Below are positions 8,741 to 15,413 of a stretch of DNA of 32,000 nt, one piece after another. The position numbers and the translations under genes were made by a program. Source of the stretch: Alkalilimnicola ehrlichii MLHE-1. Its GTDB lineage: Bacteria; Pseudomonadota; Gammaproteobacteria; Nitrococcales; Halorhodospiraceae. The notes under the pieces were generated by a model that saw nothing but the letters and a program-made list of their open reading frames with translations, ran no database searches and had not been told where the DNA came from. The DNA lies in NCBI RefSeq assembly GCF_000014785.1, contig NC_008340.1:1980001-2012000 (forward strand), written 5' to 3'. Within the stretch, counting starts at the first letter, position 1; each line of letters opens with the position of its first letter.

Positions 8741-9952
8741 TCAGCGCAGGCCCATGAACAATTCGATGGCGCCAATACCCAGTAGCGGTACCACCAAGAA
8801 TACGCCAAACAGGAACAAGAAGGCGTAGCGCGGCTTGCGTCCGGCCAGATCGCCGTACCAGAGGGCGAGCTTCAACGGGATGCGGCGCAACGGGTACCAA
8901 ATCATGGTCCCGGTCACATTGAAGGTGACGTGGAACAGCGCCACCGTCATGGCCGCGGCAATGGGATTGGCGGTGGCCGCCAGCACGCTGGTCACCGTGG
9001 TGCCCAGGTTCGCCCCCATCATGAAGGGCAGCACCCGGCGGATACGCACCACCCCGGCGCCGGCCAGAGGCACCATCAGGCTGCTGGTGATGGTGCTGGA
9101 CTGCACCAGCACCGTGGAGACCACCCCGACTCCGTAGGCGCGCAGGTCGGTGCGGAAGAAGTAGGTGCGGAACAGCCCGTCCATGTGGCGCAACAGGGCC
9201 CCGCGCAGGTTGTGCACCATGAAGATCAGGGCGATGAACATCAGCGCCAGGCCGATGGCCGCCACCAGCAACCCCTCGCCGGCCGTGGTCGGCATCACCC
9301 AGGCCCCCACGGCGTCCACCGCCTCCACCACCGGCCGCGTGACCACCTTGACCGGGCTGTCCGGGCGCGGCACCTCCTCCAACCCGATCAGGCCACTGAC
9401 CCAGGCCGCAAACTGGGTAAACACCCCACGCCCGGTCTCGTGGGCCAGGCCGGTGAGCCATTCGATCGGGAAGATCAGCATGACCGTGAGGATATTGAAG
9501 AAATCGTGCAGGAGTGCGGCGGTGAACGAGCGGCGGAAGTTGCGGCGGATGCGGATGTTGGCCAGTGCGACGATCACGCCGGTCACCGCGGTGCCGATAT
9601 TCGCCCCCATGATGGCGAACACCCCGGTGCCCAGCGTCATCTCGCCACTGGCCACCAGGGTGACGATGAGCGCCGAGGTGAACGACGAGCTCTGCACCAC
9701 CATGGTGACCATTACCCCGGCCAACAGGGCGATGAAGGGGTTCTCGCCGTAGGCGAAGGCCCGCACCAGGAAGTCGCTGTCGCCGCCGAAGGTGCCCAGA
9801 CCAGAGCCCAGCACATTGAGGGCGGCGAGGAAGAGGTAAAGACAGAGCCCGGCGTAGAGGCCGCGCATCCAGGCAGGCACCTCGCGGCGCTGCTCACGGG
9901 CCAGGGCCGGGCTGGCGGCCGTCGGGGGCGGGGGTGAATCGTTTTTCAACAT
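8741..9952 (-). CDS. Na/Pi cotransporter (NptA/PhoU-type symporter) family protein
   Basis: MVTMVVQSSSFTSALIVTLVASGEMTLGTGVFAIMGANIGTAVTG... and VVSTVLVQSSTITSSLMVPLAGAGVVRIRRVLPFMMGANLGTTVTSVLAA, the duplicated QSSS / GANxGT repeats of this family. Start 9952 (MLKNDS) or 9982 (MVLPW) is uncertain. Confidence 0.92.
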   Translation of the reverse strand: MLKNDSPPPPTAASPALAREQRREVPAWMRGLYAGLCLYLFLAALNVLGSGLGTFGGDSDFLVRAFAYGENPFIALLAGVMVTMVVQSSSFTSALIVTLVASGEMTLGTGVFAIMGANIGTAVTGVIVALANIRIRRNFRRSFTAALLHDFFNILTVMLIFPIEWLTGLAHETGRGVFTQFAAWVSGLIGLEEVPRPDSPVKVVTRPVVEAVDAVGAWVMPTTAGEGLLVAAIGLALMFIALIFMVHNLRGALLRHMDGLFRTYFFRTDLRAYGVGVVSTVLVQSSTITSSLMVPLAGAGVVRIRRVLPFMMGANLGTTVTSVLAATANPIAAAMTVALFHVTFNVTGTMIWYPLRRIPLKLALWYGDLAGRKPRYAFLFLFGVFLVVPLLGIGAIELFMGLR

Positions 9953-9980
9953 AGGCACGCTGTCTGTCCACGGCAAGACC

Positions 9981-10060
9981 ATGACAGTTCCGTGATGGAA
10001 CGGTTACCGGCGCGCACGGTACCCTGCTTTCATGACAGTTTCATTACAAACCTGAAACAA
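9981..10060 (-). promoter_or_regulatory. Candidate Pho-box-like direct repeats upstream of the Na/Pi symporter gene
   Basis: Minus strand reads TTGTTTCAGGT TTGTAATGAAA CTGTCATGAAA (11-bp periodicity, core 10032-10049). A second CCATCAC GGAA CTGTCAT lies at 9981-9998. The Pho box consensus is two CTGTCAT-like heptamers separated by 4 bp. Confidence 0.5.
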
Positions 10061-10157
10061 ACCGATCCCTGCCAGCAGCCGGCCGGGGAGCACTGAGGAC
10101 GCGCCGGGGCTGAACTATACTTGTCAATGCGGTCCCCGCAACAGGAGGGTGATTGAC

Positions 10158-10574
10158 ATGAAAGTGAACGCAGCCATGCATCGTGGCGTGGAGTGGTGTG
10201 CCCCGGACACCCCCATCATGGAGATCGCCCGGCTCTTTCGCGAGAAGGATATCGGCGCCATTCCCATCGGTGAGAACGATCGGCTGGTCGGCATGCTGAC
10301 CGACCGAGACATCGTCTGCCGGGGTCTGGCGGAAGGCCGGGACGTGGCCTCCATGACCGCGGGTGATGTCATGACCCGGGACATCATCTATTGCTGGGAG
10401 GACGACGACATCGAGGATGCCGTACACCTGATGGAAGAGCACCGGGTGCGCCGTGTCCCCGTCCTCAACAGCGACAAGCGCATGACAGGCATGCTGTCCA
10501 TGGGTGACATCTCCCACGCCGCCAACCCGGAACTCTGCCGCGAGTTCCTGGGCGCGGTCGCCGCGCACCACTGA
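10158..10574 (+). CDS. CBS-domain-pair protein
   Basis: ATG at 10158 preceded by AGGAGG. MKVNAAMHRGVEWCAPDTPIMEIARLFREKDIGAIPIGENDRLVGMLTDRDIVCRG...TAGDVMTRDIIYCWEDDDIEDAVHLMEEHRVRRVPVLNSDKRMTGMLSMGDIS; two CBS repeats. Confidence 0.93.
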   Translation: MKVNAAMHRGVEWCAPDTPIMEIARLFREKDIGAIPIGENDRLVGMLTDRDIVCRGLAEGRDVASMTAGDVMTRDIIYCWEDDDIEDAVHLMEEHRVRRVPVLNSDKRMTGMLSMGDISHAANPELCREFLGAVAAHH

Positions 10575-10629
10575 CCCCCACCGGCGGGTGCGCCCCACGC
10601 GCCCGCCCCAACCCGACCTCTAGCCCAAC

Positions 10630-10654
10630 CCCCGATTCAACCGCCGAGTCGGGG
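10630..10654. terminator. Putative hairpin at the end of the eCIS operon / between convergent genes
   Basis: CCCCGATTC (10630-10638), loop AACCGCC, GAGTCGGGG (10646-10654): 9-bp stem with one G:T wobble, next to the minus-strand stop at 10656-10658. No clear T-tract. Confidence 0.4.
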
Positions 10655-10655
10655 C

Positions 10656-11033
10656 TTAATCGCCTGCCTCTCCGGCGGGCCGGGGGACCTCATGAGCGCT
10701 CTCCGGGGGGCGAAAGAGCGCGCGCTGGGCCACGTAGAGCAACAGCAGGGTAGCCGCCAGCCAGGCGAGTACCCAGGGGCCCGGGTGCGCCCAGTAGGCG
10801 CCGGCCACGGTGAGGTTGCTGAGCAGCATGGCGTTGCCGAAGGCGGTGCGGCCGGGGCGATCACCCGCGTAGGCGGCCAGCAGCATCAGCGCCAACCACA
10901 GGCCCAGGAGGATGGTGAGCGCCAACCACCAGCCCTGGTGGCCCAGGGCGAGCAGGCCCAGCGTGGCTGGCCACTGCAAGAGGGCGAAGGCGTAGGGGTC
11001 GGCGAGTCGTCGTTCCAGGTGCGAGCTATCCAT
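10656..11033 (-). CDS. Small multi-TM membrane protein, last gene of the eCIS block
   Basis: MDSSHLERRLADPYAFALLQWPATLGLLALGHQGWWLALTILLGLWLALMLLAAYAGDRPGRTAFGNAMLLSNLTVAGAYWAHPGPWVLAWLAATLLLLYVAQRALF...; about 3-4 hydrophobic segments. Starts 9 bp after the DUF4157 gene stop. Confidence 0.7.
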   Translation of the reverse strand: MDSSHLERRLADPYAFALLQWPATLGLLALGHQGWWLALTILLGLWLALMLLAAYAGDRPGRTAFGNAMLLSNLTVAGAYWAHPGPWVLAWLAATLLLLYVAQRALFRPPESAHEVPRPAGEAGD

Positions 11034-11042
11034 TCAGGTCCC

Positions 11043-14000
11043 CTAGCTGCGTCGAAAGAAATGGACATGAAAGGCATCGGTCTTGCGGGCCGCCTCCCAC
11101 TGGGCGTCGGTCATCCTGGCCTCCTTCTTCAGCGTAGCGCTCCGCCGGTAACCGCCATCCGGCCGATTGTCGACAATCGCCCGTGCCAGGTCGTGATCCA
11201 CCCCGTCCAGCTCGGCCAACCGGCCGACATTGTCCGCACGCTTGGCCGCAAGGGCCTCGTCGTCGATATAGAACCGGGTCTTGGGCCGGGCGCGGATGCT
11301 GTAATCATCCAGGGCGTTCGCCTTGAAACGGTTATCCACCTGATGGCTCGCCACCGTGCCGGCGGCCTTGCCGTCCGGCGTTATCTTCTCCGAGCTGCAG
11401 TCGAGGGTCCGGGGGATCCGCTGCTCCGCCTGGATGATATCCGCGATCACGTCGGCGTCGGTATCGCCCTCCTCCGTCCGGTGGGCTTCGGCCTCCGCCA
11501 CCAGCGGGTGTGATACGCCATAGTTGGCGGTGACGATGTAGTTAACGGCCTGTCCCCCTTCCACCGCGTCCTTGACCGGGTCTTCAAACCGGTGAAGCAT
11601 CGATTGTGAATCCCGGTTGTTGGCACCCTGCGTGAGCGGCGTCAGGTTGTCCCAGGTATCCCCCGGGCCGCCCAGATGCTCATTCAACAGGTGCCCACGG
11701 ACATAGTAGGTACCCCCGCCGTCCATGCGCCGCCGCAACAGGTTCCAGCTCTCGTTCTCGGGCGCATTACGCGGCGTGCTGCCGGTCGGATGGTCGCGGG
11801 TCAGCAACTCCACCCGCACCGAGCTGCCGAAACCCGCCGCGGTTCTGGGGCCGTAGATGGCCGGCGTGGAAGGCAGGTCGGCGACCGAACCCCCGGTGGA
11901 CTGCTCCAGCAGCTCCCGGGTCAGGGTCGAGAGCTGGTCCATGGCCTCATCCATCCTGTTCTTGAGTGCCTTGCGCTTCTCCGTGTAGGTCGGCTCGTCG
12001 ATGGCCGAGGCCTCCAACTGGCCCTCCAGGTCGCGGGACTCCCCGATAAGCCCCTCCACCGCTTCCGCGGCCGCCAACGCCCGTCGGCGGGTGTCGGCGG
12101 CGTCGTCCGGCAGTTTCAGGGCGGCGATGAATTCGGCGTAGGGGGTGGGCCGCGACTCGATGGTCAGCGCCTGGCGCTCCTTCTCCGCGTCGATGGACAG
12201 GGTATGCCGTTCCCCGCCCTCGGTCTCCACCTCGCGCTCGGCCTGCCACCAGTTGACCAGGGCGCGGGCCCCGCGCCGCACCGCCCGCCCCCCGCGGCGG
12301 GCCAGCTCCACGAAGCCCTCGCCCAGGCGCAGGGCGCGCTCGATGAGCCAGTCGAGGGCGGCGTCGACCCGCTCGCGGATCCCCTCCACCATCTCGCGGA
12401 TGCGGCTGCTGACATCCCCCAACCCGGCGTAGTGGGCCAGGAAGGCCAGCGCCGGAGGCACCGCCCGGCCCAGGGCATCCTCCAGGTAGTCGGCGGCCTT
12501 GCCCAACGCCCCGGAGGCGATCTCGGCCACCCCGGCCAGGAAGCGGTTCGCCACCTCCAGCAACGCCCGCAACTGGGCGGTCAGCGCCGTGATCACCCGG
12601 TAGAGCTCCATCACCAGGGCGATGACGTTGGAGACCCCGGTGGGGGCGAGCAGCGGGGTGAGCCGGATACTGGCCTGCTTGATGATGGTGACGCTCACCC
12701 AGTTGATGATGCTGTCCAGCACCTGCCCGCCCAGATCGCTCAAGCGCTCCCGCAACGCCGCCCACAGCGCGCCCGGCCCCTCCTCGACCAGGGTGCGCAG
12801 AAACTGCCAGGCGCCGGAGGCGTGTTCCAGCATCCGCCGCATGCGAAGCGCCACGCCGGAGCCCACCTGGCGGCCGATGCGGTCGAAGATCCGGTCGGTG
12901 GTGATATCCAGGATCTGCAGCACCACCCCGAGGATCGAGCGCAGGGAGAAGTCCTCCGGCGGCTCGATCCCGCCCTTGCGCAGGGTGCCGAACAGCCAGC
13001 CGGCTATCCCCGCCTTGAGGTGGCCGACGATGTTGCTGAAGAACTGGGAGAAGCCGCGCCCGGCCGCCCGCACCAGGTTGAGCAGGAAGCCGATGGGGTC
13101 CTGCAGGATATGCCCGATGGCCGCCGCGGCGTTGGCCAGGAGGCTGACCACCAGCTCGGGCGGCAGCCCGATCAGCCGCAGTGCGGCCTGGAAGAAGGCC
13201 CAGGCGGCCGCGGCGAGATCTCCGTCCACGAACAGCTTGCGCAGTATCTCCATGGCCTTGGCCTTGACCTTCTCCCAGAGGTCCGGGAGGGCCAGGAGCT
13301 GGCCGAAGACCGGGATGCGCGCCAGTATCTGGTTGACGATGAAGTCCTGCACCGGCTTGCGGATGCACTCCGGGATCAGCCGCCAGGCCGCGGACAACAC
13401 CAGTTGCGGCAACTGCATCAGGTCGGTCACCACCGAGAGCAACCGGCGCACCACGCCGATCATCCGCTCGATGAAGGGCGTCAGCCGGTCAAAGCCGGCG
13501 ACCAGGCCGTCGAACAGCTGCTTTACCCCGCTCTCCGCCCAGCGGCTGAGCCCGGCGATGCCCCGCTCCAGCCAGCCCAGCGCCCGCGCCAGGGGCCGGG
13601 TGATGTCCAACTGGCGCAGACCGGAGAAGAAGGCCGCCACCTTATCCCCCACCCCGCCAAGCCGCTCCACCAGCCAACGCCCGGAGTCGACCAGGAGGCC
13701 CCGCACCCGCGCTAGCACCGCTTCCACGGTGGGCAACGCGTTGGCCAGCGCCGCCCGGTTCTCCGCCACGCCAGCGCCCGGCCCGCCCTCCTCGCCGGCC
13801 CCCGCCATCTGCTGCTCGGCCGTGCCCAGGTCGTTGCTGAGCGCCTGCATGTCCTCGCCCAGGCGCTTGACGAAAGCGGGCGGCACCAGCTCCCGCAGCC
13901 ACTCCACGCCCTGCTGTATGGGCTGCCAGAGCGGCCGGGTGCGTGCCTTGATCCAGTCCCACGCCTCGCCGGCCTTGTCCTGCACCCAGCCGACCAGGCC

Positions 14001-15389
14001 GCCCTGATCGTTTCCGCTGCTGTCGTTGCTGGATCCGAATAGCTTGCCCTTGACCCAGTCCCAGGCCGCACCCAGGGTCTCGCGAATGGGCCGCGTCCAG
14101 TTCCAGATCCGACGGCCGAGGGCCTTGATGCCGTCCCAGAGGTCACCGGCCACCCCGGTGATGAAGTCCAGGGCGCGGGCACCGGTGCTCTCCCAGAGAT
14201 CGGCGAAAAAGTTACCGACGGGGGCGAGAAAGTCGGTGAGCCGGTCCCAGGCCGCCCCGGCCGCATCGGTCACCAGGGTGCGCAGCCGCCGGATGGCATC
14301 GAACAGCGGCCCGCAGTCCCCCGAGGCCAGCGCCTCCACGATGGCGCCCGCCCGCTCGAGCATGCCGGAGAAGAGCTCGCTCAGACGCTCCACCGACCCC
14401 TCGGGCGTGAGCCGGGTGACCGCCTCCACCAGCCGGTCGAATACGGCGGCCACCCGGTCCTTGAGCCACCCCACCGGGCCCTTGTCGATGATCTCCTGGA
14501 GTATGGGGGCCAGGTTGGGGGCGAGCTTCTCCACCACCGCCATGCCCTTGGAGGCAATGAAGTTGCCGGCCTTGTCGAAGATATCGCCCACGGCCCCGGT
14601 GAGGCGGTCGTACGCCCCCTTGGCCATGTCGATCCCGGCCCCCACCAACCGGCGACCACCTCGGCGCAAGCTGTCAATCCAGGACCGCCGCACCGGCGGG
14701 GCAGTGGCATCCTGATGGTCCACGCCCGCACTGCGCTGCTGCACCACGTGGGTCAGTTCGTGGGCGATGAGCCGCCGGCCGTCACGGCTGTCGGGCCGGA
14801 AGGCGCCGCGGTTGAAGGCGATGTGCTCGCCCAGGGTGAAGGCGTGGGCGTGGATGGCCTCGGAGAGGCGGGCGGCCTCGTCGTCGGTGTGTATGCGCAC
14901 CGCGGAGAAATCCTGCCCGAAGCGCGGCTCCATGAAGGCGCGCAGGTCCTCCGGCAGCGGGCGCCCCCCCTGCTGCAAGTGTCCGATGCGCCGGGCCAGT
15001 GGTTCCGGCAGGGCATCGGCCGCGCCGGGGGCTTCCTCCTCCCGCTCCTCCGGCAGGGGGACGGGGGCGTCCGCCGGCGCGGCACCGTGCGCCCCGCTCG
15101 CGACCGGAGCGGTGGCGGGAGGCGCCCGGCGGGCGGCATCGGGCGACCCGGCGCCGGGGGCCGTCGGGTCGTCCGATGCCGGCGCCGGGCCGCGGGTCAC
15201 CCGCTCGGCGGTGCGCTCGGCCTCGCGCTCCAGCGGGTCGTCGCGGGCACCGAGCTTGAGCCGGGGCTGGAGGCCCGCCTGGCCGATCACCGCGGCGATG
15301 GCCGCGCGCTGGCTATGGGGCTTCGCCACCGGCTGCGGGCGCCGGGCCGGTGCCGGTTGCGCGCGCTGTTGCTGGGCGAAGGCCACCAT
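11043..15389 (-). CDS. Giant eCIS core domain (DUF4157) protein with C-terminal nuclease-like domain; candidate cargo/toxin
   Basis: N-terminal LKLGARDDPLEREAERTAERV, then DLRAFMEPRFGQDFSAVRIHTDDEAARLSEAIHAHAFTLGEHIAFNRGAF...LIAHELTHVVQQ (DUF4157). Long helical W/K-rich middle. C-terminal YYVRGHLLNEHLGGPGDTWDNLTPLTQGANNRDSQSMLHRFEDPVK resembles the DNA/RNA non-specific endonuclease (beta-beta-alpha metal) motif. Confidence 0.88.
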   Translation of the reverse strand: MVAFAQQQRAQPAPARRPQPVAKPHSQRAAIAAVIGQAGLQPRLKLGARDDPLEREAERTAERVTRGPAPASDDPTAPGAGSPDAARRAPPATAPVASGAHGAAPADAPVPLPEEREEEAPGAADALPEPLARRIGHLQQGGRPLPEDLRAFMEPRFGQDFSAVRIHTDDEAARLSEAIHAHAFTLGEHIAFNRGAFRPDSRDGRRLIAHELTHVVQQRSAGVDHQDATAPPVRRSWIDSLRRGGRRLVGAGIDMAKGAYDRLTGAVGDIFDKAGNFIASKGMAVVEKLAPNLAPILQEIIDKGPVGWLKDRVAAVFDRLVEAVTRLTPEGSVERLSELFSGMLERAGAIVEALASGDCGPLFDAIRRLRTLVTDAAGAAWDRLTDFLAPVGNFFADLWESTGARALDFITGVAGDLWDGIKALGRRIWNWTRPIRETLGAAWDWVKGKLFGSSNDSSGNDQGGLVGWVQDKAGEAWDWIKARTRPLWQPIQQGVEWLRELVPPAFVKRLGEDMQALSNDLGTAEQQMAGAGEEGGPGAGVAENRAALANALPTVEAVLARVRGLLVDSGRWLVERLGGVGDKVAAFFSGLRQLDITRPLARALGWLERGIAGLSRWAESGVKQLFDGLVAGFDRLTPFIERMIGVVRRLLSVVTDLMQLPQLVLSAAWRLIPECIRKPVQDFIVNQILARIPVFGQLLALPDLWEKVKAKAMEILRKLFVDGDLAAAAWAFFQAALRLIGLPPELVVSLLANAAAAIGHILQDPIGFLLNLVRAAGRGFSQFFSNIVGHLKAGIAGWLFGTLRKGGIEPPEDFSLRSILGVVLQILDITTDRIFDRIGRQVGSGVALRMRRMLEHASGAWQFLRTLVEEGPGALWAALRERLSDLGGQVLDSIINWVSVTIIKQASIRLTPLLAPTGVSNVIALVMELYRVITALTAQLRALLEVANRFLAGVAEIASGALGKAADYLEDALGRAVPPALAFLAHYAGLGDVSSRIREMVEGIRERVDAALDWLIERALRLGEGFVELARRGGRAVRRGARALVNWWQAEREVETEGGERHTLSIDAEKERQALTIESRPTPYAEFIAALKLPDDAADTRRRALAAAEAVEGLIGESRDLEGQLEASAIDEPTYTEKRKALKNRMDEAMDQLSTLTRELLEQSTGGSVADLPSTPAIYGPRTAAGFGSSVRVELLTRDHPTGSTPRNAPENESWNLLRRRMDGGGTYYVRGHLLNEHLGGPGDTWDNLTPLTQGANNRDSQSMLHRFEDPVKDAVEGGQAVNYIVTANYGVSHPLVAEAEAHRTEEGDTDADVIADIIQAEQRIPRTLDCSSEKITPDGKAAGTVASHQVDNRFKANALDDYSIRARPKTRFYIDDEALAAKRADNVGRLAELDGVDHDLARAIVDNRPDGGYRRSATLKKEARMTDAQWEAARKTDAFHVHFFRRS

Positions 15390-15413
15390 GGCTCCCCCTG
15401 CCGGCGAGCCGGC

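Noticed and set aside
8655-9461. Minus-strand ORF (268 aa) overlapping the Na/Pi symporter and PhoU-like genes
   Set aside because: Shadow frame; the symporter reading frame has clear QSSS/GANxGT repeats.
11947-13368. Minus-strand alternative frame ORF (473 aa) within the DUF4157 gene
   Set aside because: Out-of-frame shadow of the 1448-aa gene with Gly/Arg/Ala-rich composition and no domain.
11676-13715. Long + strand ORF (679 aa) antisense to the DUF4157 gene, plus similar ones at 12622-14007, 16377-18365, 18467-20053, 21895-23097 and 24665-26998
   Set aside because: High GC makes long antisense frames likely. The products are Q/H/R/G/P-rich with no recognisable domain, and the opposite-strand proteins have clear family motifs.
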